DNA from: Chiloscyllium plagiosum
Lineage: Eukaryota
Direction: 5' to 3'
DNA length: 64,000 bases
Assembly: GCF_004010195.1 (NCBI RefSeq)
Contig: NC_057728.1
Coordinates: 51,775,444 to 51,839,443, forward strand
The first letter of the stretch is position 1. Each line of letters begins with the position of its first letter. A program made the translations under genes and the position numbers. The notes under the pieces were generated by a model. The model worked only from the letters and a program-made list of their open reading frames with translations. It had not been told where the DNA came from and made no database searches. Positions 47,998 through 61,590 of the stretch are shown here, one piece after another.

Positions 47998-50900
47998 GAG
48001 AGATTGTAGCTGTATGATGTGGGAGCTGGCTAATCCCATTGTGAATGGCAGTGGCCACATCTGCAGCAAGTGTTGGTTGCTGGAAGAACTCTGGATCAGA
48101 ATTGATGATCTGGAATCTGAGCTTCAAACACTGCAGCACAGCGTGAGGGGGAGAGTTATCTGGACGCTTTGTTTCAGGAGGCAGTCACACCAGGTAGATT
48201 AAGTAATTCAAATTCAGTCAGTGTTTAGGAACAACAGGGTGTGACTGCAAGTGAGGCAGGTAGGGGAATCATTTGTTCAGGAGTAGAGGAGCCTCAGTTT
48301 TTGACCTTATCCAACAGGCATGGGATTCTTACTCCCTGTACAGGTGAGGGAATGGACTGTGGAAGGATGAGCCAACTGACTACGGCATCATGGTGCAGAA
48401 GGCCATTCAAGAGGGGAAGCAAAAAGACAAGTTGTTATAGCGGATTCTGTAATTCGGGGGACAGATAGTATCCTCCACAGGCCGGGATCAGGAGTCCCAC
48501 ATGATGTTTTGCCTGCCCGGTGCCAGGATATAGGACATTTCCGACCAGCTTGAAAGGATATTGGAGCGGGAGGGGGAGGATCCAGTCATTGTGGTCCACA
48601 TTGGGACTAACAACAAAGGCTAGGCAAGGATGGAGGATCAGTCTGGGGATCTTCGAGCACTAGGAACGAAATTAAGGAACAGGTCCTCAAGAATCATAAT
48701 CTCTGGATTACTGCTCGAGCCACATGCAAATTAGCTTAGGGACAAAAAAGTTAGGGAAGTAAACATGTGGCTAAGGGAATAGTGTGGGAAAGAGAGGTTC
48801 CATTTCATGGGGCATTGGCATCAGTTTTAGAACCAGGGGAATCTGTACCGATGGGACGGTCTCCATCTGAACCGATCTGGAACCGGTGTTCTAGTGAAAA
48901 GGATAATTAGGGTGGTCACTAGGAATTTAAACTTGTGAGTTGGGGGAAGGGAAAGGCAAAGCAACAGAAGTGTGGTGATAAATTCAAAGGTAAGTAGCAG
49001 TAGGATTTAAGTTCAAGGCAGAGTATGAAAGAAGCAAAAATGAAGGATAACTCAGGAGATATTAGAGATGTTGTGGATCATGATGGTAAGAAAGCTGGAA
49101 GCAAGGCACTTTACCTGATTGCTCGTAGCATTCGTAACAAGGTTGATGAGTTAATAGCACAAATCATCATGAATGCATTTGATTTGGTAGCCATCATGGA
49201 GACATGGCTATAGAATGGTCATGACTGGGCATTAAATATCCAGGGGAACCAGACTCTTCAGAAGGACAGACAGGAATGTAAGAGAGGTGGTGTAGCTCTG
49301 ATATTCAAGGACGACATCAGGGCGGTGCTGAGAGATGATATAGGTTCTATGGAGCACGAGGTTGAACCATTCGGGTGGAAATTAGGAATTCCAAGAATAA
49401 AAGTCACTGATAGGTGTAGTCTATAGGCCACCAAATAATAACATCACATTGGGGCAGGCGATAAACAAGGAAATAACTAATGCCTGCAAAAATGGTACGG
49501 CCATTATCATGGGGGATTTTGATCTGCATGTAGATTGGTCAAACCAGCTCGGTCAGGGTAGCCTTGAGGAGTTGGTTGAGTGTATCCATGATAGTTTTCT
49601 TGAGCAGCATGGAATGGAAGCTACGAGGGAGCAAGCTATCTTAGATCTGGTCCTGTGTAATGAGGCAGGAATAATTAATGACCACATAGTTTGGGATCCT
49701 CTTGGAAGGAGTGATCACAGTAGGTTGAGTTTAAAGTACAGCTGGATAGTGTGAAAATAAAATCCAATGCCAGAGTCCTGTGCTTGAATAAGGGGGACTA
49801 CGATAGAATGAGGGAGGACCTGGCTAAAGTAAACTGGAAACAGAGACTTTATGGTGCGACAGTTGACGAGCAGTGGAGGACCCTCAAAGAAATTTTCCAA
49901 AGTGCTCATCAAAAGTATATTCCGGTGAGAAGAAAGGACTGTAAGAGGAGGGGTAATCTGCCATGGGTGTCTCGGGAAATAAGGCAGGCTATCAAAATGA
50001 AAGAGAAGGCATACAAAGTGGCCAAAAACAGCAGGAATCTAGAAGATTGGGAAAATTTTAAAGGTCAACAGAGAGCCAAAAAAGAGTTATAAAGAAAAGT
50101 AAGATAGAGTATGAGAAAAAACTAGCACAGAATATGAAGACAGATAGCAAAAGTTTCTATAAATATATAAAACGAAGAAGAGTAGCTAAAGTAAATGTTG
50201 GTCCTTTAGGGGATGAAAAGGGGCAGTTAGTTCTGGGATATGATGAAATGGCTGAGGCATTGAACAGGTATTTTGCATTGGTCTTCACAGTGGAGGACAC
50301 TAATAACATGCCAGTAAGTGACGAAGAGATGAAGGTAGGTCAGGACCTGGAAACAATTATTATTATGTTGGATAAGCTAATGGAGCTAAGGATAGATAAG
50401 TCTCCTGACCCTGATGGACTGCATCACAGGGTACTAAAAGAGATGGCGGGAGAAGTAGCAGGTGGACTGGCGGTAAGTTTCCAAAATTCACTGGACTCTG
50501 GGGCAATTCCAACATATTGAAAAATAGCAAATGTGACGCCACTGTTTAAAAAGGAAAGTTGACAAAAGATGGGGAATTATAGACCAGTGAGCTTAACTTC
50601 TGTAGTGGGGAAAATGCTTGAGTCTATTATCAAGGAAGAAATAGCAGGACATCGCGAAAGAAATTGTCCCATTGGACAGATGCGGCATGGGTTCATGAAG
50701 GGCAGGTCATGTTTCACAAATCGTTTGGCATTCTATGAAGACATTTCAAGCAAGGTGGACAACAGGGACCCAGTGGATGTGGTGTACCTAGATTTCCAAA
50801 AGGCCTTTTGACAAGGTGCCACACATGAGGCTGCTGCATAATAGAAGGATAAATGGTGTTAGGGGTAGAGTATTATTGTGGACAGAGGATTGGTTGACTG

Positions 50901-51986
50901 ACAGGAAGCACAGAGTGGGGATAAATGAGTGCTATTCTGGCTGGCAAACAGTGACTAGTGCTGTGCCTCAGGGATCGGTGTTGGGACTACAATTATTTAC
51001 AATTTATATAGCTGTTTTGGAGTTGGGATAATGTGTATGATGTCAAAATTTGCTGTTGACACTAAGGTGGGTAGCAGAGCAAAGTATGCAGATGACTGTG
51101 AAACTTTGCAGAGGAACATAGATACATTGAGTGAATGGGCAAAGGTCTGACAGATGGAAGACAATGTAATTAAATGTGAAGTCATGCATGTTGGTAGGTG
51201 TAACAGTAAAATAGATTATTACTTGAATGGTAAAAAGTTGTAGCGTGCTGATTTGCAGAGGGACCCGCATGGCCTTGAGCATGAACAACTGAAGGCTGGT
51301 CTCCAGGTACAACAAGTAATTAGGAAGGCAAATGGAATTTTGTCCTTAATTGCTAAAGGCATTGAGTTTAAAAGCAGAGCGGTTATGTTGCAGCTGTACA
51401 GGGTGATGGTGAGGCCACACCTGGAGTAGTGTGTGCAGATTTGGTCTCCTTACTTAAGAAAGGATGTAGTGGCACTGGAGGGAGTGCAGAGGAGGTTCAC
51501 TAGGTTGATTCTGGAGTGGAGGGGGTTGGCTTATGAGGAGAGACTGAGTAGATTGTGATTATATTCATTAGAATTCAGAAGAATGAAGGGAGATCTTATA
51601 GAAATATATAAAATTATGAAGGGAATCAATAAAATAAAAATAGATAGGATGTTTCCACTGGTAGGTGAGACTAGGACAAGAGGGCATTACCTCAAGATTA
51701 GAGGAAGCAGCTTTAGAACTGAACTGAGAAGGAACTTCTTCACCCAGAGGGTTTTTAACCAATGGAATTCCTTGCCCAGGGACGTAGTTCACGCTATTTC
51801 AGTAATTGCTTTTAAAGCTAAGGTAGATTCACTTTTGAACAATAAAAGAATTAAGGGATTTGATGGAAATACGGGTAAGTGGAGCTGAGTCTATGAAATG
51901 ATTAGCCATGATCTTACTGAATGGCAGAGCAGGCTCGAAGAGCTGGATGGCCTACTCCTGTTCCTAGTTCTTCTGTTCTTATGTTC
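47998..51986 (+). mobile_element. Near full-length, inactivated CR1 LINE (ORF1 Zn-finger/SGNH esterase; ORF2 APE endonuclease and RT), antisense within the last RFX4 intron
   Basis: ORF1: CSKCWLLEELWIRIDDLE, DSVIRGTD, VVHIGTNN, WDGLHLN. ORF2: ARSIRNKVDEL, ETWL, MGDF, NYRPVSLTSVVGKMLE, YLDFQKAF, VPQGSVLG, KFAVDTK. 3' tail ttcttctgttcttatgttc. Multiple stops and frameshifts. Confidence 0.96.
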
Positions 51987-52189
51987 CACCTCTCTCTCAT
52001 GTCTCTCTTGACACCCTGCTACCACACTTCCCACCATCATCTCCCCCCATTGTCACCCTGTTACCACCCCAACACCATTCCACTCCCAACTGTTTCTTTA
52101 TCCCTTACATTCTATGAATCCATGTATCAATGTTTGTGCTCTGTCTCTTTCTAGTTATTCCCTTATAACTACCTGTCTGTTTTTCTCTT

Positions 52190-52190
52190 A

Positions 52191-52223
<33 letters not shown>
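52190..52223. repeat. (CT)n microsatellite
   Basis: Seen directly. Confidence 0.9.
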
Positions 52224-52541
52224 CATATCATTTTCTTGGATTTTCCCTTGTTTTGGATTCTTTAAGTGAAGTGAATTTGGTCAATTTTCATCCTGTTCTA
52301 ATGGCAAGACCTCAGCACAAATCAACCTCAATTCAAAGTTCTGGATCGTTTACATGCATTTAAAGGGTACATTGACATAACCATCTAATGAATTATTACT
52401 GGAATTCAATCTTCTTGTTTTGTAACAATGAAATTTCTTTTAGTTCTTTGTTATAAACACATAATTATCATAAAGGTTCATTATTCAACTGAGTATAATC
52501 AATGTTTGATCATGCAAACCGAAGCACTGGGAGAGACTAAC

Positions 52542-52677
52542 CTGTGAGCCACTCCTGTGGTAAGTTGGATATGGCAATGGAGAAGAAAGGCTGTCATGTG
52601 TTAGGGTTGGATACTGACCCTGAATGGGAAGAGGGGGTTGATTGCTGTAACTACCGTAGTTGTACCCTCCTGTGTAC
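52542..52677 (-). CDS. RFX4: RFX4 penultimate coding exon: [45 protein letters not shown]
   Basis: Matches RFX4 YTGSYNYGSY.NQ...QYP.L.HD...YHRSSAQ. Acceptor tgttttcttctag|, donor |gttagt, 136 nt, phase 2-0. Confidence 0.95.
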
Positions 52678-53019
52678 CTAGAAGAAAACAGGATGCTACA
52701 GTGATCTGCACCATTGACACAACTTCGTATGAAGAGCTTCAGTTAAAGAATTGCATCGTTTGTTGATGATAACCAAAAATCCCATATTGTGCAACAGTTC
52801 ATCAATTGAGGTGCCGGGTCTTCATTCAGCCAGAGACACCAAAGACAAATAGAAAGAAAAATATTACTCATTAAAGTTCACATTGTATGCAGGGTTGTAT
52901 TCTTGAGCAAACTCACATGTTGGCAATTTGAGGGTGCAACCTTATTTTGACCCCTATTCCATTTCACTTTCCCCTCCCCAATGGTAATATTGGGGAGGTA
53001 AAAGGATGAGTTCTATCGA

Positions 53020-55340
53020 TTTTTAAAATTCATTTGTGGGACATGGATGTCGCTGGTTGGCCAGTATTTATTACCTGTCCCTAGCTACCCTCGAGGAGGT
53101 GGTGGTGAGCTGTCTTGTTGAACTGCTACAATCCATCTGCTCTGGGTTGACCCACAATGCCATTAGGGAAGGAATTCCAGGATTGTGACACAGCGACACT
53201 AAAGGAAAAGCAATATATTTCCAAGTCCGTGGCTTGCAGGGGAACCTGCAGGTGGTGGTGTTTCCATGTATTTGTTGCTCTTGTCCTTCTAGATCAAAGT
53301 GTTTGTGGGTTTGGAAGGTCTGAGATCATTGGTGAATTTCCGCATGCATCATGTAGATACCACACATTGCTGCTATTGAGGTGGTGGAGGGAGTGGATGC
53401 TTATGAATGTGATGCCAATCAAGCAGACTGCTTTTGCTGGATGGTGTCAAGCTTCTTGAGTGTTATTGGAGCTGCACCCATCCAGGCAAGTGGGGAGTAT
53501 TCCATCCCACTCCTGACATGTGTCTTGTAGATGATGGACAGATTTTGGGGAGTTAGGAGGTGAGTTATTCTCTGCAGCTTTCCTAACCTCTGACCTACTG
53601 TTGTAGCCGCCATGTTTATGTGGTGAATCCAGTTGAGTTTCTGGTCAATAGTAACCCCCAGGAACAGTGGAAGGAGCAGTGGGGGATTCAGTGATTGTAA
53701 CACCATTGAATGTCAAGGGGTGGTGGTTAGATTGTTTCTTATTGGTGATGATCATAGCCTGGCATTTGGGTGGCATGAACATTAATGCCGTTTGTCAGCC
53801 TGAGCATAGATATTGTCTAGGTCTTGTTGATTTTGAACATGAACTGCTTCAGCATCTGTGAAGTCACGAATGGTGCTGAACATTGTGCAATCATTGGTGA
53901 ACATCCACAATTCTGACCTTATAATGAAGGGTAGGTTATTGATGAAGCAGCTGAAAATGGTTGGGCCTAGAACATTGCCCTGAGGAACTGCAGAGATGTC
54001 TTGGAGCTGAGATGGCTGACCTCCAACAACCATGACCATCTTCATATGTGCCAGATATAACTGCTGTACGTATCCTGCTAGGTGGTAAAGGTTGTGGGTT
54101 TCAAAGGTGCTGTTGAAGGAGCTTTGGTGAGTTACTGCAGTGCATGGTATTGATGGCACACACTGTTGTTGTTTCAGTTGTGAAGGGAGTGAATTTTAAA
54201 GATGGTGGTATAGTGGGCTGCTTCATTCTGGATGATGTCAACCTTCTTGATTGTTATTGGAGGTGCATAGTCCTCTCAGTACTAAATGTGTGCAGTTGAT
54301 GGCACCTGCACATGGGGGAGGCCAGCACTAACCCCATTATTGGGGAACAAATTGAATCTGCACGACCTTGCTCAGGTCACCCATCATTGTCTGGAAGGAC
54401 CCATTTGCATAGAGGTTCAGCACCACAGTGTCCTTCACAGCCACTAGGAGAGGATGGCTTCACACTCACATGGAAAACTCTGGGCTTCTCATGCACCCAG
54501 GCAAGCTGAGGGACTCTGTGGCTGTGGCTGTCCCCTCAGCTGGGTGCTTCTCATCCATTGCCCTGGCCTGCTGCCATTCCTGGGCTGACCATCAGCCCTG
54601 GTCCTCCTTACATCTATCTACATTTTCTTCAGTCAATAGCCATAGTGATGAATATCCCATCATCACTCTCAGTGGAAAGGACCTAAAGTGGAGGCCTTGA
54701 TGTGACTCTCTCCTTGCCTCTGGAATTCAGTTCTTTTGCACATGTTTGAGCCAAGGTCAGGAGGTAATGAGGTTAGGAACCGAGTGTCCCAGACATATTT
54801 CAGTATCCATAACCTTCAAACATTTTTTGTTATCATAAAGAGTGAAGTAGGTTGGCTGAAGACTCATGTATGATGATGGGGTTCTCAGGAGGTGGTCATA
54901 GATAGATCACCTACTCAACACTGCTGGCCGAAGATGACTGCAATGCCTTGAGCCTTGATGTGCTTAGTTATGGATTCAACCCTTCCTGCAATGAATTGTT
55001 TAATCATCCACCACCATTCACACTGAATGTGGCAGGACTACAGAGCTTAGATCTGATCCACTGGTTGTGGGATCGCTTAGCTCTGTCTATCACTTGCTGC
55101 ATATATTGTTTGCTCCTGGCAGGCTGTCTTGTCAATCTCCATTGAACCAGGTTGAACCGGGCCTGATGGTAATGGCTGAGTGGGAGATATGGCATGCCAT
55201 GAGGTTGCAGATTATATGGGAATACAATTCACCTGCTGCTGATAGCCCACAGCATCTCATGGATGCCTAGTTGCTAGTTCGGATTGCAGTCTATTCTATT
55301 TAACAGGCAATAATGGCATACAACATGATGGAGGCCTTTC
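53020..55340 (-). mobile_element. LINE family B (CR1/L2 group) fragments (53020-54270 and 54740-55340)
   Basis: VPQGNVLGPTIFSCFINNLP and LGVTIDQKLNWIHHIN...YKTHVRSGMEYSPLAW. The 3' tail is shared with SINE family B. Confidence 0.88.
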
Positions 55341-56113
55341 TCAAAGTGCAGTTGATCCTCTAGAGGAACACAGGTCCTGAGAGTAACGCATTCAATTTAC
55401 AGATTGCTCATTGCCAACACCTGATCTGGTCATTTGTCTTACTGGTGAACAAGGAGAGTGCAGGGCTACAACAGAGCTAGTCTGAATGTGTGAACATGAG
55501 TCTGTGACTTCCGCAGAGGAAAGAAAGTGCTGGAGATAAATTGTCAAAAGCCTGATGATAAAACTGTCCTTTATCGACCAATTACTGTTTTCACTGTTTC
55601 TTTGTGACTTTAGCACAGGTTTGAAATCTTATGAAATCCTCAGAATTTTCAGCTGCAGGCCTACTGTCTATTTCATGGCCTGACTGTAGATAGGAAAGAA
55701 TATGTACGTGCTTCAACAGAACAGAAACCATTTGTTGAAAATGGACACAGAATGTACCAGTAGCAGGAGTGAATGCACAGGGTTACCAGATACATGGGTT
55801 TGTCAGTAGAGGAAACCACAGATGTAGGAAGGTACACAAATATTACGTAGAAGAAAGTAAACGACTGTTACAGAAGAGATAAGTAAAGGAAATAGGAGAG
55901 AGAGGTAAATGGGATATAACAGGAGAGGGAGATACATGGATTTAACAGGAGAGAGGGAGGGTGCTATGATATTTGGAGAAAAAACAATTATATTACGTAT
56001 ATGCTTTCAGTCACATTTTCATGTTGAGTTATGGACCTGCTCCATTATGTTAAGTAAACCAACTAACACAGGAGCTAAATTGTGTAAACAAGTGGCAGCA
56101 CATAAACACCTAC

Positions 56114-56273
56114 CCATGTTCCTCTCTGTGTGGGTACACTGGCATCCTGTGAGTTGAGGACGCTGTAGGCACATTATTGCTCCTCATACACGGTAACTGT
56201 TGTGGGCTATCGGGAGGAGCGGAGCCTGTCGTAACGGTGTATGTCAGAGACCATGTATATGATTGAACTGCTC
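56114..56273 (-). CDS. RFX4: RFX4 coding exon: (G)[52 protein letters not shown](G)
   Basis: Contains the RFX4 motifs [13 protein letters not shown] and [10 protein letters not shown]. Acceptor ctttattttaccag|, donor |gtaggt, 160 nt, phase 1-2. Confidence 0.96.
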
Positions 56274-58114
56274 CTGGTAAAATAAAGATCTGTAAACGTC
56301 CGGGACAACATACTGAACCATGATATACTTCCTTAAATCGAATGTAATCTTAAAGAGAAAAATACATTTTAATGAGGCATATTATCATAGTCACATTGAA
56401 AGAATACTTTTTTATTAACCTGCTTATGATATTTAGAATTTGCTTGGCAACAAATTGTAGTGTAGGAAATTTAATAGTTTGCAGCAATTTAATTGGAGAT
56501 TGTTTAATTGCAAACGGCGAAAGGAGGGAATATTATTTTTGTAACTTAGGTTGGCATTCTGGATAACAAGATAACAGCTAGATGAAGAATATGGCAGAGT
56601 ATTAGAAAAAAAAAGGAAAGCTTTTCCTTTTAAAGTGTTTTATTCTTCCTTCTTTGCACCTCTCAAGGGCCCTTGCATTCCTCCTAAAGTGTGGGGGCCA
56701 GAACTGGATACAATACATTGGTTAGAACCTAACCAGAGCATCACAAAGGTGCAACACGGCCCCATTGCTTTCGTACTGAACACCTCTATTTACATAGCCC
56801 AAAGTCCAGAATCTCATATGATTTGCTAACCACTATCTCAAAATGTTCTGGCACATTCAAAGGTCTATGTGCATGCTCCCCCAGGAATCCCTTTCACTCT
56901 TTAGAACAGCTATTAAGTGCATAATGCCCCTCCCTGTCCCTTCTCCCAAAATACCACATTTCACACTTGCCCCATGTTAAATTACATCTGCCCATTCTGT
57001 GAGTTGACCTGAACAACCTAGGGAGGTTGTGGAATGGCGGACCAGACCGAGTCATCCAGAGTATCATACTAATGTTCTGGGGATGTGCATTCAAATCTTG
57101 CCATGGTATATGGTATAATTTGATTTGAATAACAAATGCAAAATTTAAAAATGCCAGTCTAACCATTGTTCATTTTCATAAATAAAAATCTGGTTCACTT
57201 ACATCCTTCAGAAAAGTAAAATCGTTACCTGATCTGGCTTACATATAACTCCAGATCCACAGCAATGGGATTGACTCTGAAATGGCCCAGCCAACCATTC
57301 AGTTCAAAGGCAATGAGGAATGGACAATGAATACTGGCCATGAAAGGTGTTACCCATACCCCGTGAATTATTCTTATTTTTAAATCATCACTATTTGCCA
57401 CCCACTAAGTTTGTAAGTCTGCATCTAGGATTTCCCTATGTAAAGGCAGGAACTCTTGCAACTTCAACAGCTCAGGAAGGCCCACCACCACCTCCTCAAG
57501 GGAAGCCAGCAATCCATGGGTCAGAGAATGACACAGCAGTGAAGGATTGTATATGGCATACTGAAACTGTACCAGCTCTTGGTACAGCTATGCCACTAAT
57601 TAATCCCATTCACTGACTCCTTCCCCACAGAGAAGCATGAAGGGTGAAAAAAATCCAACCTGTGAATTCTTAAACCTTCCAAAAAGGTACCTGACCTATG
57701 TTTGACTTTGCCAGGGATTTCCACCTACCCACACCGCCTGGGTTGGTTCTGTGTTTTGCAAATATTGATGGAGTGTCTGAGGAGTGTTGGTGCAGACGTG
57801 AACTGATTAGAAAGCCATTTTCTCAACCCAGTGTTCTTCATCATTTAAAACCCCCTAATCTTGACTTCTCACCCTCTCACAACCCCCCTACACCACCTCT
57901 AATGCCATCCCGTATACCTTCTGGTCATCTATGCCACACTTTGCTCTCTCAAATTGCCCCTGTCGGCAACCTCCATGTGCCCCCAACATATCCTCACCCA
58001 ATTTGCACTATTTAGAGTCCTCATGAATCCATGCAAGTAAAATAGAAATCATTTTAAAATTATTGGAAAAATTAAACAATAAAAATCTAATAAAATTATG
58101 AATTCAAACACTTA

Positions 58115-58595
58115 AAGTCATAGAGCCATCGAGTTGTAGAGCATTGTAGAAACAGACTGTTTGATCCAATTTGTCCAGGCCAACCAGATATCCTAAATTA
58201 ATCTAGTCCCATTTGCCAGCATTTAGCCCATATGGCTCTAAGTTACTATTTATGTAACCATCTAAATACCTTTTAAATGTAATTGTACCAGCCTCCATTC
58301 TGCCTGCTCATTCCATACATGCACCATCCTCTGTGTGAAAATATTACCCTTAGGACCCTTTTAAATCTTTCCTTTCTCATCTTAAACCTATACCCTCTAG
58401 ATTTGGACTCCCCTACCGTTGGGAAAAGACCATGATTGTGCATCCTATCCATGTCCCTCGTGATTTTATAAACTTCGATAAGCCTCTGATGCTCCAGGGA
58501 AAACAGCCCCAGCCTATTCAGCCTCTCCTTATAGCTCAAACCCTCCAACCCTGGCAACATCCTTACAAATCTTTTCTGAACCCTTTCAAGTTTAA
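58115..58595 (-). mobile_element. CR1 LINE 3' fragment
   Basis: MLPGLEGLSYKERLNRLGLFSLE plus tail. Confidence 0.92.
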
Positions 58596-59019
58596 CTTAA
58601 ACATACAAAAAAACCCCAGAGTAAAAAAGCAGCAGCTTTTATGATAAAGTCTTTCAGCTATCCTTCCTGAAATTTTCAAAACAGAATAGTGTGTTGCATT
58701 TCTATTTCAAAGACGAGTGCCTTTGAATCGATGGAGAGGAGCAGGTTTGTTGTTTCTTTTACATTTCAAAGTCGGGGATCTTTTTACAGCTAAAGCTGTC
58801 AATCAGTTTAACTTGCAGCACAAAACATGACATTAGAGATTGAGGGAAGGTTTATTTTTGATTTTTTAATGCATGATGGCATTTCTTCCAATGAAAGAAG
58901 TACTTCAATGCATGTGAGCACTTTCAAAATGGTAGTCAATGTAATCTTTGCAAAATAGAGCCCTATGATGAATCATTGCAAGAAACACATCTATGTGTTT
59001 CTAATTGAATACTTCTTCT

Positions 59020-59675
59020 TAACAGACTCTCATAGTTCATACAGCATGGGGTAACAGACCCTTCAGTCCAACTAGTCCATGCTGACCAAGTTTCCCAAAC
59101 CTAACTAGTCCCACTTGCGTACGTATGGCCCAGATCCCTCTAAACCTTCTCTATTCATGTACCTGTCAAATTGCCTTTTAAAAGTTGTAACTGTACCTGC
59201 ATCTATCACTTTGTCATATGAACCAACCTGTGTAAAAAAGTTTCCCCTATTAAATCTTTTTCCTCTCACCTTAAAAATACGCCCTCTAGTTTTGAACTCA
59301 CCCACCCTAGAGAAAAGACTTTCCTGATTCACCCTTTCTATGTCCCTCATGATTTTATAAACTTCTATACGGTCACCCCTCAACCTCCTCAAGCTCCAGG
59401 GAAAGAGCCAGCCTATATAGCCTCTCCTTATAATTCAAAACTTCCATTCCTAGCAACGTTCAGGTAAATCTTTTCTGAAAACTCTCCAATTTAATAATAT
59501 CCTTTCTATAGCAGGGCAACCAAAACTGTACAGAGTATTCCAAATGTAGCCTCACCAATGTCCTGTACAACCTCAACATGATGTTCCAACTCCTTTACTC
59601 AATGGTCTGAGCAATGAAGGCAAGCATGCTCAACATCTTCTTAACCACCCTGTTTTCCTGTGACACAACTTTCAA
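59020..59675 (-). mobile_element. CR1 LINE 3' fragment
   Basis: RRLRGDRIEVYKIMR...RGNFFTQ...FKRQFDRYMNR plus tail. Confidence 0.92.
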
Positions 59676-60456
59676 AAATATTGGAAGTTTGCAAAGTATT
59701 GCACCAACATTTCAGAAGGTTCCATTCTTCTGATACAACCCAGCATCCCCCCAGTGGTCAGAAACTCTCCTAGGAAATGCATCCTTTTTAAGGTTTCTAA
59801 AACCAGGACCAATGCATGAAGAGTGTGCATGTGGGAAGAAATACAATTTTCCTGCAGTGCTCACATGGGGATCCAGGAGAGGTACAAGCCTCTTATGCAC
59901 CCAGGACCTTCCCAATGTGTGAAAAGGTCACACAAAATAGATAGGAGTCCAGATGGTGGGTAAAATTGCTTGTCTACCTAAGAAACTAAAGTTTAGTGTT
60001 TCTTTCTTTCATTCATTCACAGGATGAGGATGTTACTGGCTCGGCCAGTATTTGTTGCCCATCCCTAATAGCCCAGAGGGTGGTTAACAGTCAGCCACAT
60101 TGCTGTGGGTCTGGAGTCACATGTAGACCAGCCTAGGGAGGATGGCAGCTTACTTCCCTAAAGGACATAAGTGAACCAGATGGGATGTTCCCAACAGTCG
60201 ACATGGTCATCATTAGACTCTTAAATCCAGATATCTACTGAATTCAAATTCCACCATCTGCCATGGTGGAATATGAACCCAGGTCTCCAGAACATTACCT
60301 GGGTCTCTGGATTAACAGTCCAGCAATAACACCATTGCCTCCACTTACACAAGTTGATCTCTACATCCATTAGGAATCAGGTATTCAGTTCATTATTTGT
60401 TCTGTTCACTAAACCATTTGCTTGTTGCCCTGAGTAAGTTGCAGATGAGGTCTCAC

Positions 60457-60609
60457 CTGGTGCTGTTAATGCAGTGTATTCGGGTGACTGACTGCTGACA
60501 GGTGAGGTTGGTTGGATTTCAGCTGTGACAGATTTTGCAGGAGAGAAAGGGCCAGGGGATTGCGTCGGAGGGCTGTGGTCTGTCTGTCCAGCCTCTTCCC
60601 TTCTGTCTC
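60457..60609 (-). CDS. RFX4: RFX4 coding exon, Pro/Ser-rich: (G)DRREEAGQTDHSPPTQSPGPFSPAKSVTAEIQPTSPVSSQSPEYTALTAP
   Basis: Matches the RFX4 segment FSPAKS...SPVS..SPEYT. Acceptor tttacgtcaatgtgcag|, donor |gtgaga, 153 nt, phase 1-1, in frame with the flanking exons. Confidence 0.93.
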
Positions 60610-60849
60610 CTGCACATTGACGTAAAGATTAAAGTGTCCATCAGTGAATAAGTCAGTGCCGATGGTTACCCATCAATATTAACCTCTCGATACAATTAAT
60701 TTTAGTGCCATAATCACATGGTCATGGTGCAGTGTGCTACACTAACAACAGCAGTGACTAAAGTATATGTAAACAGGAACTATAAATGAAAACAACGACT
60801 TGCTTTTGTATTTAGCTTTGCAAAATATTCCAAATAGCTTCACAACAGT

Positions 60850-61590
60850 GTTATAATGTGGGAAAATGTGTGACTGTCCGCTCTGGGAGGAATACAAAAG
60901 CAGAAACTTATTTAAATTGACGGAGACGGCAGAATGTTGCAGTCCAGAGGGATCTGGGTGTTCTTGCATGTGAACCATGAATGGTTAGCAGGCAGGAACA
61001 GGGAAGGAAGATAAGTGGAAGGTTCTTTTGTTACATGTAAGGAAGTCTTGCTGTAACCTTTAAGGCATTGGCGAAACACATTTGAGTCCAGTGCAGTTTT
61101 TGTCCCCTTATTTAAGGAGGAATATGATTGCACTGAAACTATTTCAGAGAAGGTTCAGGGATTTGTATCAGAAAAGGTTGGGCCTAAGCACATTGGAATT
61201 TCGAAGACTAAAAGGTGACCTTGGAACATACAAGATTCTAGGGGGATTTGACAGAGTGATACTGAGAGGATGTTTCCCCTTGTTCGGTAATCTAGAACCA
61301 GGGTCACCTTTTAAACAATTAATGGGTGTCCCATTTAAGATGGGGATAAGGAGGGATTTCTTCTCTCAGAGGGAGATAGTCTGGAATTCTCTGCTCTAGC
61401 AAGCAGTGGAGGCTGCATCATTGAATATATTCAAGCCCAAATTGAAAAGGTTTTTGACTGATAAAGGAGTCAAGATTTATGATGGCCAAACAGGAAAGTC
61501 TGGCTACATGAGATAGGTTTTAATTTTCTGCCTGGTGATGGAGGCTGAAGGGACTGAATGATCTATTCTTGCTCCTATTTCTTATTGTTC
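60850..61590 (+). mobile_element. CR1 LINE 3' fragment
   Basis: SPYLRR..IALK.FQRRF...LEFRRLKGDL...RRDFFSQR..WNSL plus tail. Confidence 0.85.

Noticed and set aside
47998..51986. Active retrotransposon or host reverse transcriptase gene
   Set aside because: Numerous stops and frameshifts, and the catalytic FADD motif reads FAVD.
55782..60438. Intronic X-boxes suggesting RFX4 autoregulation (gttaccagatac near 55782, gttgccctgagtaag near 60424)
   Set aside because: Both deviate from the consensus, and such matches are expected by chance in 64 kb.
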